A stretch of DNA of 64,000 nt, from positions 832,001 to 896,000 of the forward strand of contig OZ241889.1 of assembly GCA_965203355.1 (NCBI GenBank). Direction: 5' to 3'. This DNA is from Candidatus Latescibacterota bacterium (GTDB taxonomy: Bacteria > Latescibacterota > UBA2968 > UBA8231). Positions within the stretch are counted from its first letter, which is position 1, and each line of letters begins with the position of its first letter. The position numbers and the translations under genes were made by a program. Shown here piece by piece: positions 47,501 through 55,917 of the stretch. The notes below the pieces were generated by a model. That model ran no database searches. It was given only the letters and a program-made list of their open reading frames with translations, and was not told where the DNA came from.

Positions 47501-49523
47501 GGGTGATGAGGCCGAGGCGGTCGCCCGGTTCGCCTAGTTCAATGCGGTTTATCATCCCCTCAAATCGCTCGTCATGGCTGCGAATCGCATTCAGCGTCTG
47601 CCAGACCACTTCAAACGCCTTGTTGTCGTTGAGCGCGGTTTCCGGCGGAACGCCCGACGGCACGACCACCGGCAGCACGACATAGCCCATCTGTTTGTTA
47701 GGTGCTCTACGCATGACCCGCCCCACCGCCTGCACCACGTCGATTTGACTCTTGCGCGGGTGCATGAAAAAAATCGCGTCCAACGCCGGCACATCGACCC
47801 CTTCGGAAAGGCAGCGGGCGTTGGTGAGCACCCGACAGCCGCCGTCCCGGTCGGCCTCGTCCAACCAGTTCAACGCGGCCGAACGCCGTATGGCGTTGAA
47901 GGTGCCATCGACATGCTGAGCCGCAACCGGATATTCCGCCAAATGCGTCCCCTCCTGCGCGCGGTATTCCTCGGCGACGCGGGCAAAGAGCCGCTCCACT
48001 TGCTGCGAGGATTTGATGTCGCGGCAAAAGGCAATGGCGCGGCGCATCCCGGCGCGGTCGTTTGCCGGGAACTGATCGGCGTCCACTTTGGCCAAGGCCC
48101 GCCAGCAGCCGAGCAGTTTGGCCCCGTCGTCGAGTTTCAATTCGCCGTCCTCGGCCAAGCTGCGCTGAATGGCCCGGGCCGCGGCGTCCTCCGGGACCGT
48201 CAGCACGATCACTTTGTAATCTGCTAGCAGACCCTGCTCCACAGCCGCGCCGAAAGTGAGTTCGTAGAGCAGCGGCCCGTAATGTTGCTCGTCTTCCATG
48301 GAGCATAGGGCGGCGGCCAGTTTGCCGGCTCGGGTCCGGGCACTGGCGGCATAGACCTTTGGCGTTGCCGTCATGTAAAGCCGTCGCGCGCAGCGGATGT
48401 GCTCGTCGCGGTGAATGCGCACGAAATGCGACGGGTCTTCGCCCTCGATCAAGGCTCCAGCCGTGCGGTGCGCTTCATCGCAGATCGCGAGGTCGAAAGC
48501 GGGCACTCCGTGTGCTTGCTGTGCTTGCTCGATTACCGGGCAAGATTGGTAGGTGGCAAAGACGACGGTCAAAGCATCCGGGGCGGGCGGGCTGCAACGG
48601 TCCGCGAGGCGGGCCGCATTCGTGGTGGCTGGAAACGCCAGATCCAGCGCGTCCATGTCGATGAGATCGTCGCGGCGGCGGCGGCGCTTGCCGACTTGTG
48701 AGTCGGAGCAAACCGCGAACGAGCGCAGCGGAATGGTTGCATCGCACGCCCATTCGCGCACTGTCTGCGCCATCAGGGCCAGACTAGGCACGAGATAGAG
48801 CACCCGCCCGCCCGTACCGGCAAGCTGTTCGGCGATGCGGAGGGATGTCAGGGTTTTGCCCGTGCCGCAGGCCATGATCATTTTGCCGCGACGGCCCAGC
48901 TCGGCTAAGCCGCCAGTGACTTTTTCCACGGCCTCGCGCTGATGCGGACGCAGGGCGCGTTGGTCGGCGACGCGGATTTCGCCGCTAGTCGCAAAGTCCT
49001 GCCAACGGATTGGGCTGGCCTGCAATTCCTGTAGGCCGATTCGCCGGACCGGCACGGCTTGGCTCCGCAGCATCTCCTCGGCTTGGGTGCTCCACTCGCG
49101 GCCAGTCGTGTCGATGATAAGCCGCTGCCGGAAATCCTTGCGGCCCGAAGCGGCCAAGAAGGAATCGATCTCGGCCTTGGCGATGCGGTGGCCCGCTGCA
49201 TGGAACTTGCACTGAATGGCGCACCAGCCCTCCTCGTCGCGCAGCTTGGCGACCAAGTCGATGCCGAGGTCTTGCGCCGACTGCTCGGGCTCGGCGTAGA
49301 ATCCCAAAGGCTCGGCCACCCGGTCGTTGCGCCGCGCCCAGTCCGAGTAGAGCAAGGGCGGCTCGTATTGCCGCGCTTGGAGCGGATCGTGCTGTAGGTA
49401 GGCCAAGCAAAGATGCTCAAAGGCGGTTCCCTTGTCGCGTTCGCGGCGGAACCCAGTCGCGGCGGCTTGTCGGCGCCAATCGGCGAGCAGTTCGTCCAAG
49501 GCGGTGATGTTGTCCTGTGTCAT
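44589..49523 (-). CDS. Type ISP restriction-modification enzyme (Mrr-like nuclease, SF2 helicase, N6-adenine MTase, TRD; LlaGI/LlaBIII-like)
   Basis: GIDLVA...AIQCKF, MACGTGKT, DEAH, QAVGRVMR, LDPFTGTGTF, GNPPW, LRGNQR, LPRIP, VNGKPA..W; ATG 49523 overlaps the upstream stop. Confidence 0.95.
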   Translation of the reverse strand: MTQDNITALDELLADWRRQAAATGFRRERDKGTAFEHLCLAYLQHDPLQARQYEPPLLYSDWARRNDRVAEPLGFYAEPEQSAQDLGIDLVAKLRDEEGWCAIQCKFHAAGHRIAKAEIDSFLAASGRKDFRQRLIIDTTGREWSTQAEEMLRSQAVPVRRIGLQELQASPIRWQDFATSGEIRVADQRALRPHQREAVEKVTGGLAELGRRGKMIMACGTGKTLTSLRIAEQLAGTGGRVLYLVPSLALMAQTVREWACDATIPLRSFAVCSDSQVGKRRRRRDDLIDMDALDLAFPATTNAARLADRCSPPAPDALTVVFATYQSCPVIEQAQQAHGVPAFDLAICDEAHRTAGALIEGEDPSHFVRIHRDEHIRCARRLYMTATPKVYAASARTRAGKLAAALCSMEDEQHYGPLLYELTFGAAVEQGLLADYKVIVLTVPEDAAARAIQRSLAEDGELKLDDGAKLLGCWRALAKVDADQFPANDRAGMRRAIAFCRDIKSSQQVERLFARVAEEYRAQEGTHLAEYPVAAQHVDGTFNAIRRSAALNWLDEADRDGGCRVLTNARCLSEGVDVPALDAIFFMHPRKSQIDVVQAVGRVMRRAPNKQMGYVVLPVVVPSGVPPETALNDNKAFEVVWQTLNAIRSHDERFEGMINRIELGEPGDRLGLITLADWGPAATQAGDGPGIGRGAAMDPDAMSIQPEDRQQTLFDGLPAAIRAKIVEKCGDRKYWDEWAGDVADIARRHIERIAALVESGDAEREIFQEFVSELRDDLNEGITDADAIEMLAQHLVSGPVFDALFGDAEFVSRNPVSQGIQDVLDVLKPANISAETANLDEFYASVRRRVAGAATDEAKQKIVVELYDKFFRTAFPSTTQRLGIVYTPVEIVDFIIRSVNDVLQDEFGQTLGSAGVHILDPFTGTGTFVTRLLQQGLIAPEDLPRKYAHEIHANEIVLLAYYIAAVNIETAYHDVAGGDYKPFEGICLTDTFEMQEGDDLLAQIMPDNSGRRTRQKETDIRVIVGNPPWSAGQRSANDNAANRKYPGLDGRIEESYARYSRAQTKRFLNDSYIRAIRWASDRIGKSGVIGFVTNAGWIDSNSMDGMRKCLAEEFSSLYVFHLRGNQRTQGEQSRREGGKVFGSGSRAPVAITIFVKNPEATEYGRILFHDIGDYLDQEEKLKKIRQFGSIRGITQSDGYTRIRPDANYDWLGQGDTEFVRFTVIGSKKEADLAKARFFVNYSLGVGTNRDAWCCNFSSSNLEANIRSMISFYNSEIERFQSESPSSGKDFINRFINNDPKKISWSDNLKSELARGKLLKFDEGQTVPSIYRPFTRQWLYFSQRLNERVYQIPQIFPHSRVENRLICVTGVGSRSFSVLMIDRHPNLNLLEAGAQCFPFYLYEKPTNDAGLFNQQSDTTDGYTRRDAITDDALAKFRTAYGNAVSKRDIFHYIYGLLHLPSYRQRFANNLAKELPRIPLAAAADHFTALAAAGRELGDLHVGFDRVDPWPLEFANGSWDAPAGTDPTTYFRVQKMKLGGSQKAPDRTTIIYNSNITVTNIPAAAWDYEVNGKPALKWIMDRQAVSTDKASGIVNDANCYATETIGDPSYPLKLLACVIRVSMETNRIVGDLPEPEWVEMAGRTVS

Positions 49524-51619
49524 TGTTGCGTTCCTTTGCGGTGTTTTAACGCGCTTAGCACCATCTGCCCAACCTCGTCCACGCGCACTTGATACTGGGG
49601 ATGGACGACGGTGGTTGAATCGAGCTCCTCGACGATGGCCGGCCCTTGCACCACCGCGCCAGCACCCAGCGCATAGCGGTCGTACACCGGGCAATCGACA
49701 AATCCCGCGCGCTCGGCGAAATACACCGGGCGATGTCCTTTGGCCGCTGCTTCCTCGGTTGCCTTTGCCAGCGGTGCCAGCGCAGGTTTGGCGATCTGGC
49801 CGATGGCCGCAAGCCGCACGCTGACCAATTCGACGGCCTCGCCCGGCGCGCTAAAGCCATAGGCGCGTTCGTGTGTGCGGTGGAACTGCTCCAATAGCTG
49901 CGCTAACTGCGCCGGGCCTGCCAACGGCAGCGTCAGTTCGTGGCTCTGCCCAACGTAGCGCAGATCCGCTTGGCGTCTGAAGGCCATCGCCGCTTCGGCC
50001 ATCCCCTCGCGCTCCAGCGTTTCCCGCCCTTGCGCCTCCAACGCGCGGAAGGTCTGCTCCAAGGCTTGGGGCGCTACTTGGTCCAGCGGCTGGATGAGGG
50101 TGGTCGCGTAATCGTGTTTTAAGTCGGTCACTAAAAGCCCCAAGGCCGAAGCGGTACCCGGACTTTGGGGAATGATCGCCACGGGAATCTCGGTCAGGGC
50201 GGCGAGGCGGTTGGCGTGGGCTGGCCCGGCCCCGCCAAAGGCTACCAGCGCGAAGTCGCGCGGGTCGTAGCCGCGTTGGACGGAGACGAGCCGCAGGGCG
50301 TTGACCATGGCGGTGTTGGCGATCTCGATGATGCCGTGGGCCGCCTCGACGAGGCCCATGCCCAGCGGCTGGGCGCAGTGTTGGTTGATGGCGCGTTGGG
50401 CAGCGGTTGGGTCGAGCGCGATCGCGCCGCCGAGGAAATAGCTCGGGTTGAGCCGCCCCAAGACGAGGTTGGCGTCCGTGACGGTGGGTTGCGTCCCGCC
50501 CCGGCCATAGCAGGCCGGCCCGGGGTCGGCCCCGGCACTTTGGGGGCCGACCCGGAGGATACCACCGGGATCCACCCAGGCCATGGACCCGCCCCCGGCG
50601 CCGATTTCCACGAGGTCGATTACTGGGGTGCGGATTGGATACCCGGCGCCGCGCGTTGCCCCGACGCCCGCTTGCGCCGTGGTCCCAACTTCGTAGTCCT
50701 TGGTCACGCTGGGCGCACCGCCTTGAATCAGACCGGCTTTGGCGGTCGTCCCGCCCATGTCGAAGGAAATCACTTGGTCGTAGCCCCGCGCCTGCCCCAA
50801 ATGCGCGGCTGCAATCACCCCGGCGGCCGGCCCGGACTCGACCATGTACACTGGCTTTTGCCGCGCGGCCGCAAAGGGGTACACCCCGCCGCTGCTCTGC
50901 ATTACGAGCAACTCAGCGGCGATGCCAGCTTGGGCCAACCGATCTTCAATCCGCTGCAAATAGCGCGCGACCACCGGACGGATGCAACTGTTGATCACGG
51001 TCGTGCTGGCCCGCAAGTACTCGCGAAACTCGGGCGCAACTTCTGCGGACAGCGAGACGACGGCGGCTGGAAAAACCTCGGCGAGAATCGCCCCGGCCCG
51101 CCGCTCGTGGACGGGATTGGCGTAGGCGTGCAAAAAGCAGATGGCAATGGATTCGACGCCTTCGTCGCGCAGCTTGTCGGCTACTTGGCGCAGGGCGTCT
51201 TCGTCGAGCGGTGTCAGCTCGGTACCGCTGGCATCGAGCCGCTCGGGTACGCCAAAACAGCGGTGGCGCGGCACGAGCGGCCGCGGCTTTTCAAACTGCA
51301 AGTCGTAGAGCGTGGGGCGAATCTGGCGGGCGATTTCCAGCATGTCGCGGAAGCCCTCGGTGGTGATAAAGCCGGTCGGCGCGACCTTGCCTTCGATGAT
51401 GGCGTTGGTGGCGACCGTGGTGCCGTGGACGATGTAAGCCACGTCTTGGGCGGCGATCTGCTGCTTGGCGAGCAGCCGCTGCACGGCCTCCATAAATCCG
51501 CCGGATGGGTCTTGGGGCGTCGAAGAAACCTTGTCGGTATGGATTTGTCCGGTCGCTTCGTCAATGAGCGCAATGTCGGTAAAGGTGCCGCCAATATCGA
51601 CGCCGAGTCTATAGGCCAT
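49520..51619 (-). CDS. Hydantoinase/oxoprolinase A subunit
   Basis: DIGGTFTD, HGTTVATNA, ESGPAAG, DMGGTT, GAGGGS, GPQSAGADPGP, TDAN. Confidence 0.95.
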   Translation of the reverse strand: MAYRLGVDIGGTFTDIALIDEATGQIHTDKVSSTPQDPSGGFMEAVQRLLAKQQIAAQDVAYIVHGTTVATNAIIEGKVAPTGFITTEGFRDMLEIARQIRPTLYDLQFEKPRPLVPRHRCFGVPERLDASGTELTPLDEDALRQVADKLRDEGVESIAICFLHAYANPVHERRAGAILAEVFPAAVVSLSAEVAPEFREYLRASTTVINSCIRPVVARYLQRIEDRLAQAGIAAELLVMQSSGGVYPFAAARQKPVYMVESGPAAGVIAAAHLGQARGYDQVISFDMGGTTAKAGLIQGGAPSVTKDYEVGTTAQAGVGATRGAGYPIRTPVIDLVEIGAGGGSMAWVDPGGILRVGPQSAGADPGPACYGRGGTQPTVTDANLVLGRLNPSYFLGGAIALDPTAAQRAINQHCAQPLGMGLVEAAHGIIEIANTAMVNALRLVSVQRGYDPRDFALVAFGGAGPAHANRLAALTEIPVAIIPQSPGTASALGLLVTDLKHDYATTLIQPLDQVAPQALEQTFRALEAQGRETLEREGMAEAAMAFRRQADLRYVGQSHELTLPLAGPAQLAQLLEQFHRTHERAYGFSAPGEAVELVSVRLAAIGQIAKPALAPLAKATEEAAAKGHRPVYFAERAGFVDCPVYDRYALGAGAVVQGPAIVEELDSTTVVHPQYQVRVDEVGQMVLSALKHRKGTQQ

Positions 51620-53345
51620 CGCTTGCCATCTCCTGCCGCCGCGCTTGGGTCGCGGCCTGATCGACTTGTCCAGTGGTGCTGTTGATGACTACACCGTACT
51701 CGTCTCGCGCCCGCTCCGCGCTCACCTTGCCCTCGCGCACATCCGCGGCCACCGCTTGGGGATTGCGGCGATGGGGCGGGCCATAGCCGCCGCCGCCGCA
51801 AGTGCGGTAGCTGAAGACCGTATTAGCCGCCAGCGCGACCGTCGTTTTGGACCCCAATTCGACGGGCTGCCCTTCCGGGTCGAGGATATAACGCGCTTTG
51901 CCGCCTGCTCGGCCCCCAGCCAGCCCTTCCGGCCCCCAGCGGTCTCGGTCCGATAGCACGGTGAAGGACACTTCGTGATCGATAAATCGGTAGTCGCGCC
52001 GCAGCCCCAAGCCGCCGCGGTACTGACCGGCGCCCTCTGAGTTCTCTATCAGCTCATAGCGGTCGATCCGCAGCGGGTAGTTGATCTCGATTTCCTCAAT
52101 CGGCGCGTTCTCGGTATTTTGGCCGTGGCACTGCACGGCGTCCGGCCCGTCCTTGCTGCTGCGCCCCCCGTAGCCGCCGGCCATGGTCTCGTAATAGGAA
52201 TAAAGCTGCCCGGTGCGCGGGTCGGTGCCGCCGAAGCCGACTTGGCACATCGTCCCCTTGGTCGCGGCCGGGATCGTATCGGGCAGGGCCGGATGCAGGG
52301 CCCTGAGAATGATGTCGGAGAGCCGCACCTGAGTCTCCCAACCTCCGACCACCGGCGAGGGTGCCGTGCAGTTGACAACGGTCCCCGCGGGAGCTACGAG
52401 CCGCACCTGTTCGTAAAATCCAGCGTTGACCGGTACGTCTTGGTCGATCAGACACTTGAGCACGTAGGCGCAGGCCGCAAAAGTCTGGGCGTAGGTGGAA
52501 TTGACCGGCGCTCGGCGCTGGGGATCGCACCCCGTCAGGTCGAAGAGCACCCCTTCGTCGTCAATGGCGACGCGGACTTGGAGCCGCACCGGCTCATCGG
52601 TAAAGCCGTCGTTATCGACGACGCCTGTGGCCGCAAACTCCCCTTTGGGCAACCGGGCCACCTCGGCTAGCGTCCGCTCCTTGGTGTAGTTGATGAGCCG
52701 ATCCATGTAAAAGGATGCCTGCGCCAACCCCACCTGCTCGACGAGTCCGTTGAGCCGGCGAATCCCCGAATTATTGGCCGCTATTTGGGCGCGAAAGTCG
52801 CCTCGCGTCTCGCGCTTGGAGCGGATTTGGGCGATGACCAGTTCAAAGACATCGGTCGCAATCTCCCCGCCGCGCACCAGCTTTACCGGCGGGATGATGA
52901 TGCCTTCTTGATACACCTGCTGAAAGGCTCCAATGCTGGCCGGCGCGCCGCCACCGACATCGACGTGATGCGCGAGATTGGCCACATAGCCAAAGAGTTC
53001 CTTGCCGCAATAGACGGGCGAAATCAGCGTGATGTCGTTGAGGTGAACCCCGCCGCGATAGGGGTCGTTGACGAGGATAGCGTCTCCGGCCTGCAAGTTT
53101 TCTGGGCCGTATTCGGCTACCGCCCGAGGCGTGAGGATCGTCAGCGATCCGAGATGTACCGGCTGGGTAAAAGCCTGGGCGACGGGCCGCAACTGGCGGT
53201 CGAAAAAGGCGCAGGAGAAATCGGCGCGGGTTTTGATGTTGGTTGAATACGCACTGCGCCGAAGGGCAATGGCCATCTCCTCGGTGGCTTCGATCAGGGC
53301 GTTGCGAATGACCTCGAATTGGATGGGATCGATCTGGTTGGGCAT
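51609..53345 (-). CDS. Hydantoinase B/oxoprolinase subunit
   Basis: DFSCA, PVHLG, NDPY.GG.HLND, HHVDVGG, EG...PP, GAGQYRGG.G, GGGGYG; start MPNQIDP. Confidence 0.95.
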   Translation of the reverse strand: MPNQIDPIQFEVIRNALIEATEEMAIALRRSAYSTNIKTRADFSCAFFDRQLRPVAQAFTQPVHLGSLTILTPRAVAEYGPENLQAGDAILVNDPYRGGVHLNDITLISPVYCGKELFGYVANLAHHVDVGGGAPASIGAFQQVYQEGIIIPPVKLVRGGEIATDVFELVIAQIRSKRETRGDFRAQIAANNSGIRRLNGLVEQVGLAQASFYMDRLINYTKERTLAEVARLPKGEFAATGVVDNDGFTDEPVRLQVRVAIDDEGVLFDLTGCDPQRRAPVNSTYAQTFAACAYVLKCLIDQDVPVNAGFYEQVRLVAPAGTVVNCTAPSPVVGGWETQVRLSDIILRALHPALPDTIPAATKGTMCQVGFGGTDPRTGQLYSYYETMAGGYGGRSSKDGPDAVQCHGQNTENAPIEEIEINYPLRIDRYELIENSEGAGQYRGGLGLRRDYRFIDHEVSFTVLSDRDRWGPEGLAGGRAGGKARYILDPEGQPVELGSKTTVALAANTVFSYRTCGGGGYGPPHRRNPQAVAADVREGKVSAERARDEYGVVINSTTGQVDQAATQARRQEMASDGL

Positions 53346-53499
53346 GGCTTCTCGCGGAGGATGATTGGGGAGGTGTTGACATCTCAGTAGTACAAAAAAA
53401 GTACATACGCCGATAGGGACAAGACAAGGGTGCCATCGTGGTTTTCTTTTTCGGCGGGGCCGTACAAGCAGCTTGACCGATCGAGAGTTCGTATTGATT

Positions 53500-53592
53500 T
53501 TCAACAAATACGTGATTGGAGCGGCGAAGTTTCTTAAAGATTACAATATTATGAGTGCGCTTGTATTACGAGAATTTCTATATCAAATATAA
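53500..53592 (+). pseudogene. Internally deleted relic of a Tsp45I/NmuCI-family type II restriction endonuclease
   Basis: FNKYVIGAAKFL joined directly to KDYNIMSALVLREFLYQI-stop, just ahead of the MTase RBS. Confidence 0.6.
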
Positions 53593-53608
53593 GAAGGAGA
53601 TGTTACTG

Positions 53609-54670
53609 ATGAATCTGCTAATTAAAGGTGACAATATAGAAGGCTTAAATTATCTTATACACAATAGAAATCTCCAGCAAAAAATAGACTTAGTGTACAT
53701 TGATCCTCCCTTCGCTACTGGCAGTGATTTTACTGTCACCAAGGATCGCACCGCGACCGTGAGCCATTCGCGTAGCGGTTCTGTCGCGTACTCTGATCGA
53801 CTTAAAGGAGCCGAATTTGTCGAATTCTTGCGAAAGAGATTGATTTTGTTAAGGGAACTTTTATCGGCGAGAGGATCTATCTATTTACACATTGACTACA
53901 AAATAGGGCACTATATCAAAATTATGATGGACGAAGTGTTTGGTACGGACAACTTTCGCAACGATATAACAAGGATAAAATGCAATCCTAAAAACTTTAA
54001 TAGGGTTGGCTACGGTAACATAAAAGACTTGATCCTTTTTTATAGCAAAACATCGGACCCTATATGGAATGAACCAAGAGAAAGGTACTCGGAGAAAGAT
54101 ATTGAAAGGCTATTTCCAAAGACGGATCGGCAAGGGAGACGCTATACTACTGTACCTATTCACGCTCCAGGAGAAACTGAACGAGGCAACTCCAATCGAC
54201 CATTTAGAGGTATGAGGCCGCCCAAGGGCCGCCATTGGCGAACGGATGTAGAGACGCTGGAGCAATGGGACAGAGATGGGCTGATAGAATGGTCGGCCAC
54301 GGGCAATCCGCGAAAAGTAGTATTTGCAGATGAAAGAGAAGGTAAGAGAGTACAAGACATTTGGGAATACAAGGATCCTCAATATCCTATGTATCCAACG
54401 GAAAAAAATAGTAAGTTGTTAGACCTGATTATTCGCACTTCTTCTAATCAGGAGAGCATTGTGCTGGACTGTTTCTGCGGCTCGGGAACGACGCTAAAAT
54501 CCGCCCAGCAACTCAACAGAAACTGGATCGGCATCGATCAATCAGAACACGCTATCAGAGCGACAATCAAAAAAATCGAAAACACCGAAGGGAGTCTTTT
54601 TGTCGGCGGTTTAGAGTACGAGATCGTACAACTTGCCACGGAAAATCGCGGCTGCTCAGCCCAAGGCTAG
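53609..54670 (+). CDS. Beta-class N6-adenine DNA methyltransferase, M.Tsp45I-like (GTSAC family)
   Basis: YIDPPF (motif IV) N-terminal, DCFCGSGTT (motif I) C-terminal, RIKCNPKNF, HAPGET, YPTEKN; AAGGAG RBS; AT-rich. Confidence 0.9.
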   Translation: MNLLIKGDNIEGLNYLIHNRNLQQKIDLVYIDPPFATGSDFTVTKDRTATVSHSRSGSVAYSDRLKGAEFVEFLRKRLILLRELLSARGSIYLHIDYKIGHYIKIMMDEVFGTDNFRNDITRIKCNPKNFNRVGYGNIKDLILFYSKTSDPIWNEPRERYSEKDIERLFPKTDRQGRRYTTVPIHAPGETERGNSNRPFRGMRPPKGRHWRTDVETLEQWDRDGLIEWSATGNPRKVVFADEREGKRVQDIWEYKDPQYPMYPTEKNSKLLDLIIRTSSNQESIVLDCFCGSGTTLKSAQQLNRNWIGIDQSEHAIRATIKKIENTEGSLFVGGLEYEIVQLATENRGCSAQG

Positions 54671-55732
54671 GTTGAAGTCCGCCGGGTCGAGGCCACTGTC
54701 TTCGGCTAGTCCCCGCAGGCTGATCAAGACATCCTCGGGCATGACAATTCCCTCGGCTAGCGCTTGTTCCCGCTTGTTCCACTCGATCTCGCCCGGCAGG
54801 AAGATGGTCCCGCCTTTGGCTGGAGAAGCACTCTTGATCTCTTTGCACAGGACGTCCATGCGGGCGTGAAATTCCGCCAGCGGCATCATCGCGCCGACGT
54901 CAATGGCGATAAAGGCGTGACCTTGGTTGGAGGGCGCGTCTGTGTCCGCCACCCAGCTTTGGACGCCGCTCATCATGGCCGCGCCGCTCAGGGTAGCTGT
55001 CAGCAGTTCCACTAGCACGGCCAATCCGTACCCTTTGTGCCCGGCCATGGGCAACTGCGCTCCTTTTTCTGGAAACTCGGTGGGATCGGTCGTTGGAATG
55101 CCGTCTTCATCTACCAGCCAAGTGTCGGGAATGCTGCGCCCTTCGTTTTTGGCCGCAAATATTTTAGTGGCCGCCACCGCGCTGGTGGCAATGTCGAGCA
55201 TGACGGTGCGGCGGGTGCCGGTGGGGGCGGCGTAGGCGATCGGGTTGGTCCCCAGCACTCTGCTCTTGCCGCCCGGCACGGTCATGCAGGGTTCCACATT
55301 GCACATGGAAAGACCGATCATGTCGTTTTCGGCGATCATGTTGGCGTAAAACCCGGCGGCACCGTAGTGGCTGCTGCCCCGGATGCCGATGTAGCACATG
55401 CCGCTTTGGCGCGCTTTGGCAACGGCCAACGCTACGGCGCGGCAGGAGATGGCGGGCGGCATGCCGTCGCAGGCGTCGATAACGGCCCAAGATGGCCCTT
55501 GGGCGACGATTTTCTCTTTTGCGGTCGCGACCAAACGGCCGCGCCGCGCATTCTGCATCAGGCCGCGAATCTGTCGGGTGCCGTGCGTGAAGGTGCCCCA
55601 AGTATCGGTGGTGACGAAGACGTGGGCACTCAGTTCGGCGTCTTCTTGGCTGAGGCCGGCTTTGACCATGGCGGCCGTGCAAAAGTTCTTCAGGTCGTCC
55701 GGCCGGATGCTTTGGCGGGTAGATTCAGTCAA
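54656..55732 (-). CDS. Ldh_2 family oxidoreductase (malate/L-lactate/ureidoglycolate dehydrogenase-like)
   Basis: THG, SHYGAAG, GTNPIA, LDIATS, GHKGYGL, LPGE. Confidence 0.93.
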   Translation of the reverse strand: MTESTRQSIRPDDLKNFCTAAMVKAGLSQEDAELSAHVFVTTDTWGTFTHGTRQIRGLMQNARRGRLVATAKEKIVAQGPSWAVIDACDGMPPAISCRAVALAVAKARQSGMCYIGIRGSSHYGAAGFYANMIAENDMIGLSMCNVEPCMTVPGGKSRVLGTNPIAYAAPTGTRRTVMLDIATSAVAATKIFAAKNEGRSIPDTWLVDEDGIPTTDPTEFPEKGAQLPMAGHKGYGLAVLVELLTATLSGAAMMSGVQSWVADTDAPSNQGHAFIAIDVGAMMPLAEFHARMDVLCKEIKSASPAKGGTIFLPGEIEWNKREQALAEGIVMPEDVLISLRGLAEDSGLDPADFNLALG

Positions 55733-55847
55733 TGGACTGGCTCCTTTTTCGCTGATGCGTGGTTGGTGCTATGGATAAAGAGATTTTTTGCGGCCCAGTC
55801 AAGGAGGGATGCCGTTTGTGGGCGCTGAGTCGCAATGGAGCCGCTCC

Positions 55848-55876
55848 TTGACTAGCGTCCAAAAGGGCCTTTTAAT
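55848..55876 (+). promoter_or_regulatory. Putative sigma-70 promoter
   Basis: TTGACT-N17-TTTAAT. Confidence 0.55.
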
Positions 55877-55917
55877 GCCTGCATCCATGCGCTGTCCGCA
55901 ACAGAAGCAAACACACC

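Noticed and set aside
50165-51685. 506-aa plus-strand ORF (likewise 12466-13482, 19925-21022, 24015-25145, 17253-18161)
   Set aside because: Antisense shadows of well-supported genes in GC-rich DNA; no motifs.
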